Below are positions 10,617 to 25,214 of a stretch of 64,000 nucleotides of DNA, one piece after another; positions within the stretch are counted from its first letter, which is position 1; every line of letters begins with the position of its first letter. The notes beneath the pieces were generated by a model. It saw only the letters and a list, made by a program, of their open reading frames with translations, was not told where the DNA came from and searched no databases. The DNA comes from Mobula hypostoma. Lineage: Eukaryota. The DNA lies in NCBI RefSeq assembly GCF_963921235.1, contig NC_086104.1, positions 63,426,001 to 63,490,000 on the forward strand, written 5' to 3'. The position numbers were made by a program, and so were the translations under genes.

Positions 10617-13029
10617 GTTTTGTAACTTCAAAACATTAAACTAATTTGAAGGAAGACTCGGGAGTCCAAAATGAGAGTCTAACTTCAAGTTTATTTTAAG
10701 CGAGGCACACACGTATCATGTGGTAGCGTAATGACGTATTTATTCATATAACCTGTAATGAATTATCCAAATGAAGAACGCTTAATCAATATATACACAC
10801 ACACATTTAAACACATATGCATATGTAAAAATGCACATACATGATTACTCAAATATTACTGAAATATTGAATACTCAACATGCCTTGCTTAACTATAAGC
10901 TCCAAGTCAATACAGAATGCATCTAAACTATATACACACTATATTATATAATACAACTATTATACACAGACATCGACAGTATAGTAAATTTTAAATTGTC
11001 CCTTTCAGGCCTAAAGTTTTAATCGCTGTGGAGGATTTCTTATTCTTGTGGGATAATGTCTTTCCTGACATTGGGGATCACTCTGCTTGGTAGGTGAGAC
11101 TTGTGGCTGTGTAACAATCTCAGGTTCTGGGTCTCCTCTGTGGTTGTTGTAGGAGTTTACTCTCAGACTGCAGGAAGTGGTTCTGCTCGGGTAGCCAACT
11201 TTCTTCTTTAACAATTGACTCTGTTCTCTTCAATGGATTGATACGTCATCTCCACATGGCATCAGACGCAGTCTCCACTGTGTAGGAGTGTGATCCAGTT
11301 CTGTCCTTAATCATTCTGAGTACTCAGTTTTCATCACCGCTGTAGTTCCTTGCTAGGACTGCTTGTCCGGCAATGAAACATTAAACGTCCTTGTTTGAGG
11401 AGCCTGTCATTTGCCTCAGCTGTTTGTCTTGCATCCTCCTTCTGGGACTGAATTTCAGGAGATCCAAGTGTGAATGCAAGGGACAACCCAGGAACAGCAT
11501 AGCTGGGGAGTTGTTGGCTGTGGAGTGTGTTGCAAATAGGAAATTGGCGAGCTTCTGGTCCAGTGTTAGTGTAGTGTATTCTGCTAATGTTGCTCACAGT
11601 GCTTTTAGGCTCTGGGCAAACCTTTTCTCCAAGCCATTTGTAGCTGGGTGGTACAGTGCAGATGTAATACGTCGTATTCCATTCATTTTTAGGAATGACT
11701 GAAGCTGTTGCCCCTACGAACTGTTGTGCACTGTCACTGACAAAGTGTTCTGGAACACCAGTGTTTGTGAAGAGGCTTCTCAATACATCAACAGTGTTCA
11801 AGGCTGTAGTGGAGGCTATTGTGAACACTCTAGACCATTTTGTAGCTGCATTCACTATTACCAAGAAATTTGTGCCCATGAACCATCCAACAAAATCCAC
11901 ATGAATCCTCTGCAGGGCAAGCAGGCCATTCCCAGGGATGGCGAGGTGCTGCTCTTGGCATCTTCTGGACGTGTTGGCATCCCAAACAGTGTATGGCAAG
12001 CTGCTCAATCTGCTGATCTTCCCCAGGCCACCAGACAAAGCTTCAAGGCAACGCTTTCATTTTGACTATGCCTAGATGACCGACATGTAGCTCCTCCAAC
12101 ACCTTAGCTCTCAGCTTGGATGGTACGACAATTCTCAATCCCCACATGAGGAAACATCCGTCAAGGGTAAGTTCATTATGACCCTGGTAAAACTGGGGGA
12201 AGTGGGATTTCTGTTCCACATTCCAGTCATTTGGGTGGCCATATAGACCTGAGACAGTATGGGTTTTTTTTTTCTGGTTTCTCTTTGGATCATCTTCGCT
12301 ATAATAGGGAGATTTTCAATTTGCGTTAGGGAGAATACATCGAGACATGTTTTTTTTGTAGATTTTTCAGGTATTTCCTTTTCATGGGTAAACAGGACAA
12401 CCCATCAGCATTTCCATGATGAGTTACCCACTTGAATTCAATCTTGTAATTCTGTCTTCCAAGAACCAGAGCCTATCTCTGCATTCGTGCTGCTGTGTTA
12501 GTGGAGCACCTTTCTGGGAATTGAAAATGGATACTTATGGTTGATGATCAGGAATGAGGGTAAACTCTCTCCCATACTAGTACCGGTTGAAAAGTGTTTT
12601 ACATCCCAAATCAATCTGTGCATAATTTTTCTCTGCAGCTGTAAAGGATCGTGATGCAAATGCTATGGGATGTTCACTTCCGTCACTCGTAACATGTGAC
12701 ATGACGGCACCCATAACATAAGGAAAGGCGATACAGACAAGCCTCAATGGATAATGTGGATCATAATGTGACGTCACTATTTCCTTTACCTTTTTGAAAG
12801 CCATCTCACGCTGCATTGTCCAATTCCAGTTCTTCCGGATTTGCAGAAATGAGTTAAAGGGTGGAGACAGGAACCTGAATTAGTAATTGACAAATCCTAA
12901 AAAGGAACACAACTGTGACACATCCTTTGGCCCTGGGCATCCACCACTGCCTGAATTTTCTTGGCAGACTTGTGCAATTCTTGTGCGTCAATCATGTGTA
13001 ATGATTAAGAATGCTTAATCAATATATAT
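10617..13029 (-). mobile_element. Degenerate Mag-type Gypsy element (RT thumb, RNase H, integrase, 3' LTR at about 10617-10880)
   Basis: Minus-strand ORFs carry GAVMSHVTSDGSEHPIAFASRSFTAAEKNYAQID (RNase H) and RIHVDFVGWFMGTNFLVIVNAATKW (integrase core). Multiple frameshifts. Confidence 0.85.
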
Positions 13030-16000
13030 TGTTATGTATGGATCTATTTCTTTTAGAGCTATGACCCTCTTAGCATGTTGTCTGAGCACGTGCATTGTTC
13101 TCTGTCTCTCTCCCTCTCACGCTGCAACGTGAATACACCAGTTAAATCAGTGCGCATTTTTATTTGATTGATATATAGTTGCAAAAACACAAAAAATCAG
13201 TGGCGAGTAAAAAACCTGAATGTCAGAGAATATCATCATATGCAGAGTTAAACAGTACGGAGAAGGCCATAGACGCTAACAAAGGGATGCGCGAGTACAG
13301 CATAGTAGACAGTGAAAGATGTGCAACTGACAAAGTTAAAGTGAAAATAACATGGTGATGGCTTCAGTCAGGAAAGTTGATAGTGCTAATGAAGGGTGGC
13401 AGTCGTATAATCGAGAGGGTCAAACTGTATTGTGAGCCAAACAATGTGGATCAGCAAAAGAAAGCCTCCACACTTTTTAGCTTAATGGGTGCAAGGATGT
13501 ACAGTCTCTAATGCAACTTAGTAACCTCCGCAAAGCCAGCAAGCAAGATATTTGATGAAATTGTTACAACTTTACAAAATTACTTGAGCCCTAAACCGCT
13601 GATACTAGTTGAGAGATTTAGATTTTACAAAAGGAACCAGTCAAAGGATAAAAGCATTTCTGAATACATTGTAGAACTGTGCAAACTTTCCCAGTATTAT
13701 GACTTTAGAGATGGACTTTCTGATGTATTAAGGGACAGGCTTGTATGTGACATGCATAGTCAAAGCACTCAAACGAGGCTACTGGCAGAAAGAGACCTAA
13801 CCTTAGAACAGGCATTGACCATCACAATATCATTAGAGTCTGCAGCAAAGGATGCAGTAGAACTACAGAAAAAGAGGTTAGAATGTGAAATGCACAAAAT
13901 GTCCCAGAATGGTGAAAAAAGCCAAAAATGTTATCAATGTAGCAAATCCTCCCATGATGCAAATAACTGTTGGTTCAAAGAAAAAGTTTGCAGAAAGTGT
14001 CACAGACAAGGTCACATAGAAAGACAGACAAAAAGAACAAAGAGAAAAAACATGCCAAGTGAAAAGTTTCAAACACAAAGCTAAGCAAATGTATAAAGAG
14101 ACCAACAAGACAGTACAGAGTCAGGCAAAGGTGAGCTGCCATGCCTAGAACTGCATAGTATTATTGAAGCAGAGCACAAAATCATATGAATCACAATAGA
14201 TGTGTCTGGTGTAAAACTGAAAATGGAACTGGACACAGGGTCAGCTTTGCCCATAACTCCAGGGGCTGACTACAACAGACTATTTTCTAAGATACCATTA
14301 GAGAAGACCTCAGTGATGCTAAAGACTTACACAGATGAAAAAGTGATTCCCAAAGACAAACTGAAAGTGAATGTGACGTATGGAGGCCAAACCCAGCAGT
14401 TAGGCCTTGTAAACTACTACCACTGACTTTTCCCAGACATTGCTACAGTGCTTTACCCATTGAATACACTGTTGCAGACAGGAACAAAATGGGAATGATC
14501 AGAAAGATATGAAAGAGCTTTCAAGAAAACAAAGAGACTAATATTATCAGATGAACTGCTCACCCGTTATGATTCATCCTTGCCCATCAGATTAGCAAGC
14601 AGTACATCCCCTTATAGCATTAGGGCTATTTTGTAACACATTATGAAAGATGGATCTGAATGCTTGATTGCATTTGCTTCAAGATCACTGACAAGCGCAG
14701 AATGCAACTACACACAGATTGTCCAAGAGGCCCTTAGTCTAGCATGGGGAATAAAGAAGTTCTACCACTACTTCTACAGACAAGAGTTTATGCTAGTGAC
14801 AGATCTCCAGCCCCTTGTGTTCATTTTCAATCCCAGGAAGGGAACTCCAATGATGACTGCTACACGGTTACAACGTTGGGCACTTTCCCTAGCAGCCCAC
14901 TCATATGGCACAGAGTTCAAGGGTACCAAACAACACAGCAATGCTGATGGCTTGTCATGTCTTCCACTGTTGGTAACTGAAGAAGAAAAGTCTTCATTCT
15001 GTGACCCAGCAGAAGTGTTCCACTCAGCACTGGTGGACCAATTGCTGGTAACAAATTCAGAAATATGAAGGGAAACAAGGAATGACCTGACATTGTCCAA
15101 AGTGTATGAAATCACCATGCAAGGATGGCCAGCTCATGTTAACCCTGTTTTGAGAGTTCTCAGTCAGACAAGACCAACTGTCGGTATGTCAAAGAACACT
15201 GATGTGTGGATCTCGTGTTGTGGTTCCCTCTGAACTGCATGCCAGAGTGTTAGAGAATCTGCATGAAGGACATCTGGGTATAGTCAAGATGAAGAAGCTC
15301 ACATGGAGCTACATGTGGTGGCTGGGAATAGATAAGTGGATTGAAAATTTGGCCAAGGGCTGTTCAGGATGCCAAAAAGTTCAAAATGTACTCCCACAGG
15401 CACCATTACACCTGTGACAGTGGCGGTCGTCACCATGGCAAAAAGTACATATTGACTTTGCTGGGCTATTCATGCTTCTGAAATATTGTGCATACTCATT
15501 CAAAATGGCCAGAGGTTTCACCAATGAAGTCAACCACTGCAGCAAAGACTGTCCCTGCTCTGAGGACTATCTTCACCAGAAACAGCTTACCAGAACTTAC
15601 TTGGGGTGACAATGGACCAGAATACACGTCAAAAGAATTCCAATTGTTCATGAAGAAAAATGCCATCAGACATTTCAAGACTGTTCCTCACCACCCAGCG
15701 ATGAATGGGTTAGCAGAAAGGTTTATCTAAACCTTCAAGAAGTCCATTAAAACTATGAACAAGAAGAACATTTCTCAACAGCACAAGTTGGACAACTTCT
15801 TTTTTGTGTATCAGAACTCTGTCCATATGATGGCAAATCAAACACCTGCAATGATGTTCATGAGCAGGAAACTGAGATCTTGCATAGACCTCCTGAAACT
15901 AGATCTACAGAGGAAAATGCAGAATAAACAAGTCAACTAGCTGCCAAGTAAAGCAGCAAGGAGCTTCAAAGTTGGATAGGAAGTCCTTGTGCCTGATTAC

Positions 16001-16599
16001 CGAGAAGACAAGTGGACACCTGGTAGGATAACTACAAGAACTGAACCAATGATGTACACAGTACATGTTGCAATCATACATAGAGATGTCATGTGGAGCA
16101 GATACAGGATGCTCTTTGCATCCAAAGAGACAGACACTTACCTCTCAGTGATGATGTCACTGACAGCAACGTAACACCGGCAACTAAGAACGCTGTCTTA
16201 GCCAAGACACCTACCAAACCTGATGCCATTCCACAGGCCCAGAGGCGCTATCCTAAAATAAACAGAACTCCACCCAAAAGTCTGAATCTTTAGAACAGGA
16301 AGTCAATTATGGACTGTAATGGTGCAAGCATGCTTATTTGAATATGGTTCATGAAAGGGAAATTGAATGTTTTGTACATATACGGTTTTGTATTACATTA
16401 ATCTAAAGGGGGAGGAAATGTAATGTATGGATCTATTTCTTTTAGAGCAATGGCCCCCTTAGCACTACGTATGGATCTGTTGTCTAAGCATTTGCATTGA
16501 TCTCGCTCTCCGTCTTGCTGCAATGTGAATACACCAGTTAAAGCCATCTTCCGCATGAGTGCTTTTATTTATTTGATATGTAGTTGCACAGACACAACA
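13030..16599 (+). mobile_element. Mag-clade Gypsy LTR retrotransposon with both LTRs and the RT core deleted
   Basis: LTRs at about 13030-13194 and 16419-16599 share tg(t)atgtatggatctatttcttttagagc...cacaa(c)a. PBS-like tggcgag at 13201; PPT aaagggggaggaaa at 16405-16418. Gag with two CCHC-type knuckles (13584-14084), protease LDTGS (14202-14426), RNase H (14643-15068), integrase fragments (15202-15940). Confidence 0.92.
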
Positions 16600-17439
16600 G
16601 ATATTATGAATGGAAGGGAACAAGTGGGAATTGAGCTGTTGGGTTAGAGCATGATTTTAGTGAATTATAATTAAAGATCGTGATCAACTTCAGAGAGCAA
16701 CGACATATTGCCCCTGCTGATCCTCCCCATACATACAAATTTGTGATGCACATGTATGTTTCAATGTACATGTGACAAATAAAGCTAATCTTTTCTTTTT
16801 CCAATCTTGGGATGAAATTGCTGTTTAAAAAAATGTATCAAAGGTCAAGGAATACACCTTTCTGATTCACCAGCATGTAGATGGACATTTTATTGTTAAA
16901 ATTTATGTCCTTTAAGAGTAAATAGGATGGAAAAGGAAGAGCCCACGTACATTCAATATCTAAAGAGAACTACCCATATTTGCACAATGTGATTCACTTT
17001 AACTTCCTCCTTTTAACTCTTGTATCTATGATTAATTACATGGAAACGATGCTGCGACCATTCTTCACCACGTCCAAACTACTGGTATGCTTAAAACTAT
17101 TGTTCCAAGATACAGTATTGTACCCTTAAATGGTAAATATACAAAGAATAATATTAATATTGTACCATCATATTGCACCCCCCCATGTTAATTAAGAACA
17201 GAGCAAAGTGATATAAAGATTAATGATATTAAAGACTGACACAGGCCAGACAATATGCAAGTGAAGCAGGGATTACTTAGGTTTCAAACACACACTGAAG
17301 AAAATGAGTGGCTCAGGCAGCCTTCTTGAAGCAGGAACCTGCATCAGGATGGAGAGTGCAGAAGGGAGATAACTGGTATAAGGATGTGAAGTAAAGGGGT
17401 GTGCTAAGAGCAATAGGCAGAAAGTGGAGCCAGTTGAGG

Positions 17440-17925
17440 AAGAATTGGATGATGAGCGAGGTTGTTGCTTTGGCACCATTCAGCCAGGTGTCTCATCTCA
17501 TTCTGGTAAGATGACTCATCAGCACCTGTGGTTTGTTGAACACCAATTATATCATCGTCAAATCTGAAGATGGTATTTGAGCTGTGTTGAGCCACAGAGT
17601 TTGCGCTGAGTATACTATCGAGAGTAAAGCAGGGGGCTAAGCACACAACCTTGAGATGCATCTGTGTTGATGATTAGTGAGGGGGAGATGTTGTCCTCAC
17701 TGATTGAGGTTTGCCGATGAAGAAGCTGAGTGTCTAGCTGTAGAGGAAGATACAGAGGCCCAGGTTTTGATGACAAGTTCGGATGGGATGATGGTGTTAG
17801 CATTGAGCTGTAGTCGATGAACAGCGGCCTGATGCTTGTGTTCCTGTTGTCCAACTGGCCCAGAAGTGGGTGAAGAGCTAGAGAAATTGCATTTGATGTA
17901 GTGTTGTTGTGCCCTAACCCCATGT
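17440..17925 (-). mobile_element. Rex1/Babar LINE RT fragment
   Basis: PLFIDYSS, SQGCVLSPLLYS and IFRFDDD in minus-strand ORFs. Confidence 0.8.
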
Positions 17926-18060
17926 GTCTGCATTAAATCCATATCCATCTCCAGTATGCCTTTCTCATTCAAGTATCTGCCAACACACCTTTTAATTCAT
18001 GGTTGGCTTTGGTTTTCATATTGTAGTTTTAGGTCATTATTAGAAATTATTCTGATATTT

Positions 18061-18350
18061 GGGGCACGGTGGTAGGATAGCAGTTAGTGCAACACTATTG
18101 CAACTTGGAGTGTTAGAGTTTGGATTTCAATTCTGGGACCGTCTGGAAGGAGATGGTATGTTCTTCCGTGACTGCATGGGTTTCCTCCGGGTGCTTCAGT
18201 TTCCTGCCACATTCCAAAGACATACCGGTTAGCAGGTTAATTGTAAATTGTTCAGTGATTAGGCGTGTGTTAGAAAAAAATAGGTTGGTTGCTGGGTTGC
18301 ACAACTCGGACCGAAAGGACCTGTTCAATGTTGTATCACTAAATAAAAAT
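18061..18350 (+). mobile_element. tRNA-derived V-SINE-type element
   Basis: Head ggggcacggtgg..., V-core gggtttcctccgggtgcttcagtttcctgccacattccaaagac, tail ctaaataaaaa. Confidence 0.8.
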
Positions 18351-19529
18351 GTGCTAGGAAATTCTACATGCCCAAGGTTTAAATATGGTTACATTCCTGT
18401 AGATGAGACTGACAGAAAGAATGGAGAATGCTCCCTAGTGAGTATTTTGTGTGATTAAGCATTGGATGAATTAAAAGACCCTTGTTTGCCTCAGAATTTT
18501 GCAAAAATGTATCTGATAATTTCCAATAAATGTAGTAACACAGTGCCTTATTACTGTAGCAAGAGAAGGGAACAGATAGAGTCGACTTTGAGAAATCTGG
18601 AATCTTCTGTCATTTCTTTCTGCCTCTGTGGGAGTGTGTCAGTGTTTGCCATGGGATGGACATTCCAAGGCGAAGGACTATGGGATGACAGACACACTAA
18701 TAATTGGTGCAGTGACCTCAAAGACTCTGTGGGGAAGCAGCACAGTATAAGGTCTTCCCACAAGTAGACACTGAGGTGTAATAACCTTTCAAACATTTCA
18801 CTTGGGATTGGGGAACAGGTAACACTAGTTACCTATTGACATATTATAAATATTTTAAGGAAATGTGATGATATGTTTAGAACTAGGTAATGCAATGTCC
18901 TGATTTTTTGTAAAATATACAATTAAACTATAAAGCATAGGGAGAAAAAAAACACTTCAAATCACTTCACTGCAGCCAGTGGAAAATTTCTGGCTCATCA
19001 GAAACCTTCTCTATTGTGTACATAAGATTTTAATCTTAAATTGGAAACTGTGCTAATATTTATAACTTTAGGGCTATTTAAGTACAAAATTAGTATTTGG
19101 GTAATGCTAATTAAGAGAACATGAGTACTCACTCTCGTCCCTCATTGTGACAACTACAAGCAACACTCTATAGCATACCTGCGGCTTTTGGCACTTCATC
19201 GATATTCAATAGTAGCTCAATCAATTTCAAATGCACATTTAAACCACATGCTGTTCAAGCATTAAACTTCCGCCAAGCAAACAGAAACCTGGCATATACA
19301 CACAAAAACACAGACAACTCCAAGCAGCCAATGTTTCTGAAACAAGATCATAGCATTACAGCAGCTCTTTCACCTCTAAGCCAATGTAAGCTGACTCTTT
19401 CAAGTTCTGGAAAGGTCAGGATGTTGATCAATAAGTATTCAATGACCAAGTCTCCCTCAGCATATGGACAATAGATTGCACCATTTACCATTTCACATAT
19501 GAGGAGATGAAATTGCACATAATATTAAT

Positions 19530-21995
19530 ATAACCTGCTTACGGATGCCCAGTTGGGGTTCCACTAAGGCCACTCTGCTCCTGACCTCATCATCTCCTTG
19601 GTCCAAACATGGATCAAAGAGCTAAATACCAGGGGTGAGGTGAAAGTGAAGTCAAAGCAGCATTTGACTGAGTATCAAGGTGTCCTAGCTAAAATGGAGC
19701 CAATAGGAATTAGGGGGAAAACCCTCCACTGGTTGGAATCATACCTGACACAAAGGAAGATGGTTGTGGTGGTTAGAGGTCAATCATTGACTACAGCTCT
19801 GCCTTTAATACCATCATTCCAAATAAACTGATTCCTAAGCTCCGGAACCTGGGCCTTATATCACTCAGATCTGCAGCTGGATCTTCAACTTCCTCACAGA
19901 TAGGGCCCAGGCTGTAAAAATAGGGGACAAGCTCTCCCTCTACAATCACTCTGAGCACCGGTGCCCCACAAGGCTGTGTACTCAGCCCCCTGCTGTACTC
20001 ACTGTACACCTATGATTGTGTAGCCAAGTTTCCATCAAACCCAATATATAAGTTTGCTGATGACACAACAATTGTAGGCCGTATCTCGGGAAATGATGAG
20101 TTTGAGTACAGAGAGGAAATTAAGAACCTGGTGGCATGGTGCGAAGACAATAACCTATCCCTCAATGTCAGCAAGACATAGGAATTGGTTGTTGACTTCA
20201 GAAGGAGTAGCGGATCGTACGACCCAATTTACATCGGTGGTGCGCAAGTGGAACAGGTCAAAAACTTTAAGTTCCTCGGGGACAATATCACAAATGACCC
20301 AACTTGGTCCAACCAAGCAGAGTTCACTGCCAAGAAGGCCCACTAGTGCCTTTACTTCCTGAGAAAACTAAAGAAATTTGGCCCGTCCCCTAAAACCCTC
20401 ACTAATTTTTATAGATGCACCACAGAAAGCATTCTTTTAGGGTGCATCACAACCTGGTATGGAAGTTGTCCTGTCCGAGACTGAAAGAAGCTGCAGGAGA
20501 TCGTGAACACAACGCAGCACATCACACAAACCAATCTTCCGTCCGTGGACTCACTTTACACCGCACGCTGTCGGAGCAGTGCTGCCAGGATAATCAAGGA
20601 CACGACCCACCCAGCCAACACACTTTTCATCCCTCTTCCCTCTGGGAGAAGGCTCAGGAGCTTGTAGACTCGTACGGCCAGGTTTGGGAACAGCTTCTTT
20701 CTAACTGTGATAAGACTGCTGAACGGATCCTGACCTGGATCTGGGCCGTACCCTCGAAATATCCGGACCTGCTTCTTGGTTTTTTTGCACTACCTTACTT
20801 CCCATTTTTCTATTTTCTATTTATGATTTACAATTTAAATTTTTAATATTTACTAATTTTAACTATTTTTAATATTCTTAGTAAATATTTGTAATCCAGG
20901 GAGTGGGAAGCGCAGAATCAAGTATTGCTGTGATGATTGTACGTTCTAGTACCAATTGTTTGGCGACAATAAAGTATAAAGTATAAAAGCATCTCATCTT
21001 CAGGACATCACTGCAGGAGTTCCTCAGTGAAGAGTCCTAGGAACAATCATCTTCAGCTGCTTCATCAATGACCTTCCTTCCGTCATAAGGTCAAAAGTGG
21101 GGATGTTTGCAAATGACTGCACAATGTTCTGCACCATTCATGACTCCTCAGATAGCGAAGCAGTTCATACCCAAATGTAGCAGGACCTGGACAATATCCA
21201 GGCTTGTTCTGACAAGTGGCAAGTAATATTCAAGCCATACAAGTGCCAGGCAATGACCGTCTCCAACAAGAGAGGCTCTAACCATCATCCCTTGACATTC
21301 AGTGGCATCACCATCACTGAATCTCTTATTATCAACATCCTGGGAGTTACCACTGACAGGGAACTGAACTGCTCTAGCCATATACACACTGTGTCTACCA
21401 GAGCAGGTCAAAGACCAGGAGTCCTGCAGCATGCAACTCACTTCCTGACTGCTCAAAGCCTGTCCGTCATCTACAAGGCTCAGGTCAGGAGTGTAATGGA
21501 ATACTTGCCACTCGCCTGGATGAGTGCAGCTCCATTAACACTCAAAAAGCTTGACACCATCCAGTACAAGGCAGCCCACTTGTTGGTACCCCTTCCTTAA
21601 GCATCCAATCCCTCTACCATCGATGAACAGCTGCAGCAGTGTGTACTCTCTACAAGATAAATTGCAACAACACACCAAAGTTCCTAAGGCAGCACCTTCC
21701 AGACCCACGACCACTACAATACAGAGGACGAGAACAGCAGATACCTGGGAACACCACCACTTGGAAATCCCCCTCCAAGTCACTCACCATCCTTACTTGG
21801 AAACATATCATCTTTCATTGTTGCTGGTCAAATCTGGGAATTCCCTCCCTAACAGCACTATGGGTGCACCTACACCTCAGGGACAGCAACAGTTCACGAA
21901 GGCAGCTCATCACCACCTTCTCAAGGGCAACTGGGGATGGGCAATAAATGCTGACATAGCTGGTGACGCCCACATCCCGTAAATGAATTTTAAAA
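19530..21995 (+). mobile_element. CR1-group LINE (RT to 3' end) interrupted by a nested Rex1 element
   Basis: GIRGKTLHWLESYLTQRKMVVVVRGQS is followed, after the insertion, by LQDITAGVPQ...IFSCFINDLP...MFANDC and IYKAQVRSVMEY. A-rich end near 21995. Confidence 0.8.
19787..20988 (+). mobile_element. Rex1/Babar LINE nested in the CR1-group LINE
   Basis: GAPQGCVLSPLLYSLYT...KFADDTT. Tail aataaa(gtataaa)2. The same 3' end recurs at 53406-53707. Confidence 0.9.
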
Positions 21996-22109
21996 AATTA
22001 ATGTCCTCAAACAATTTGAAGGTGATAATCATTCTTTGGAATGCAGTAATGATTCACCAGAAGTTAAATATGATGAGAATCTCTCAAAGGCAATTGACGT
22101 GATCAGGCT

Positions 22110-23020
22110 GTATCAGGCTGATACAACCCTGTATTTCCGGCACCATTCTAACATCTGCCTGCTTACCTGCTCCTCGGTGTCCCTAGGGCTATTTGGGGGC
22201 CTATAGACTACTCCCAGCACAGTGATTGATCCCTTCCTATTTCTGACTTCCACCCACACTGACTCAGTGGACACTCCCTCTGCAGCGTCCTCCCTTTCTA
22301 TAGCCATGATACTATCCCTGACCAGTAATGCTACTCCCCCGCCACCCGCCCCCCCCTCCACTTTCCTACCTCCCATCCTATTCCTTTTAAAACACCTAAA
22401 TCCCGGTACGTGCATCAGCCAATTCTGCCTTTCCTCCAGCCAAGTTTCAGTAACGGCCACAATATCGTAGTTCCACGTACTGATCCATGCTCTAAGTTCA
22501 TCCCCTTTATTCCTAATACTCTTGGCGCTGAAATAGACACATTTCAACCCCTCTGACTGGTTACATTTATGTTTTGTCCCCTGCCTGTCCTTCCTCACCA
22601 ACTCAGATCACATAGCATCATGCCCTTGTCCTTCTATCCTATTCTCTGCACTCATGTTCTGATTCCCACCATTCCTGCCAAACTAGTTTAAAGCCTCCCC
22701 AACAGCTCTAGCAAACCTGCCCACCAGGATATTGGTTCCTTTCCAGTTCAGGTGCAGCCCGTCCTTTTTGTACAGGTCAGACCTTCCCCAGAAGAGATCC
22801 CAATGATCCAGAAATCTGAACCCCTGCCTCCTGCACCAACTCTGCAGCCACGCATTCATCTGTCATAACTTCCTGTTTCTACCCTCTCTGTCTCGTGGCA
22901 CAGGCAACAATCCCGAGATTACCCCCCTTGAGGTCCTGCTTTTTAACTTCTTTCCTAACTCCCTATATTCCTTCTTCAGGACCTCACCCCTACTCCTATC
23001 TATGCCATTGGTCCCCACCG
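22110..23020 (-). mobile_element. CR1 LINE fragment (end of ORF1 plus ORF2 endonuclease)
   Basis: SIRNKGDELRAWISTWNYDIVAVTETWL...GGGGVALLVR...GVVYRPPNS. Confidence 0.9.
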
Positions 23021-23809
23021 CATTGTCTGGATTCCAATGACTTGATCATTGTCTCCATGCTCAGGATACTCCTCAGAGGCTGAGAATGGGCTGTCTCTTT
23101 TTCCACTGTCATTCAATGTCAACAAATGATGCTACACGTTGGAACTTCATTATATACTGCAGCCCATAGGATGTATTGGCTTTCAGTCACTTATGGTTCC
23201 AACTGTTTGGTATCAAGGGCCTACACTCCAGGCATTACCTGAATGATTCTTTCTGAAGATTCATTTTGACCAGAGTGCTTTTAACAAATCTAAGTTTAGA
23301 TTTGTCACATCATGATTTTACTTTTTTGACACATTTGAGATACCTAATACTTTATATTTTACAGAGGCGATCTTACTGTACCAGGTGTGGATGAGTTCTC
23401 TCTAAAAGAGATTTTCATTAATGCATTTCAATACAAATTAAATATTAAAGCTGCCAAATAAATTAGACCATTTCTATGGGCAAGTGAGCCAAGGTAAAAT
23501 GCAGGACAGAAGGACATCTGATAAGGAAGTCTGGAAATGGTTCAGTTCTTACATTTGCCAAGGGGTAATCATTTTGTGTACACCTCCCATGGTAAGCATG
23601 CAGGCAATCAGGAAAAAAAAATACAGATGCCAAGGAGTATATTCTAACCTAACTGGAATAACTGGATGTGGAGAAATATTCCTATGATAGATGTATTTAG
23701 CATTAATATCAACAGATCAGTTGCAGTGCCTGCAATTCTGATACATAAATGCCCTTCGATTTCACAAGATACAGAATATTAAATTGAATAAACAAAGTCA
23801 CATAATTTA

Positions 23810-24716
23810 TAAGATAGGTGGAGGAGCAGGTAGTTTTGAGGAGGCAGAGAGGCTACAGAAGGACTTGGACAGATTAGGAGAACAGGCAAAGAAGCGGCAG
23901 ATGGAATACAGTGTCGGGAAGTGTATGTTCATGCACGCTGGTAAAAGAAAAAGGATAGACTATTTTCTAAATGGAGAGAAATTCAAAAATCTGAGGCCCA
24001 GAGAGAATTGGGAGTCTTCGTGAAGGATTCACTAAAGGTTAATTTGCAGGTTTGATGGTGGGGAAGGCAAATGCGATGTCAGCATTCATTTCAAGAGGAC
24101 TAGGATATAAAAGCAAGGAAGTAATGTTGAGGCTTTATAAAGCACTGATGAGGCCTCACTTGGACTATTGTGAGCAGTTTTGGGCCCTGTATCTATGAAA
24201 GGATGTGCTGACATTGGAAAGCATTCAAAGGAGGTTCATGAAAATGGCTCCTGAATTGAAAGGTTTATCATGTAAGGAATGTTTGATGGTTATGGGCTTG
24301 TACACTCTGGAATTCAGAAGAATGAGGGGTAACCCCTTTGAAACCTAGCAAGTGGTGAAAGGTCTCAATAGAGTGGATGTGGAGAGGGTGTGTCCTATGG
24401 TGGGAGAGTCTAGGACCAGAGGACACTGCCTCAGAAAAGAGAGGTGTCCTTTTAGAATGGAGATGAGGAGGAATTTACTTTGCCAGACTGTGGTGAATCT
24501 GTGGAACATGTTCCCACAGGTGACTGTGGGGGCCAAGTCATTGGGTATATTTAAGGCAGAGGTTGCTGGATTCTTGATTAGTCAGCGCATGAAGGGATAT
24601 GGGAAGAAGGTAGGAGATTGGGGCTGAGAGGGAAAATAGATCAGCCATGATGAAATAGAGGAGCAGTCTCAGTGGGCCAAATGGCCTAATTCTGTTCCTA
24701 TATCTTATGGTCTTAT
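23810..24716 (+). mobile_element. CR1 LINE 3' end
   Basis: RLQKDLDRLGE, SRTRGH, VVNLWN and the tail tcttatggtctta. Confidence 0.9.
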
Positions 24717-25214
24717 ATCAGTTGGTCTATATTTCTGAACAAATGCTACATAGTTTTGTTAGCATAAACAAAATATACACTCCGTGGCCACTTTATTTAG
24801 TACCTCCTTTACCTTATGAAGTGGCTATTGAGTGTATACTTGTGGTCTTCTGCTGCTGTAGCCCATCCACTTCAAGCTGCGTGTGGTGCATTCAGAGATG
24901 CTCTTCTGCATACCACAGTTGTAACATGTGGTTATTTGAGTTACTGTCACCTTCCTGTCAGTTTGAACTGGTCTCGCCATTCTCCTCTGCTCTCTCTCAT
25001 TAACAAGGTGCTTTCACCCACAGAACTGCTGCTCACTAGCTCACTAATTTTTTTTTGTTTTTTGCACCATTCTTTGTAAACTCCAAAGACAGTTGTGTGT
25101 GATAATCCCAGACCAGAAGTTTCTGAGATACTGAAACCACCCTGTCTGGCACCAACAATTATTCCATGGTCAAAATCACTTAGATCACATTTCTTTCCCA
25201 TTCTGTTGTTTGAC

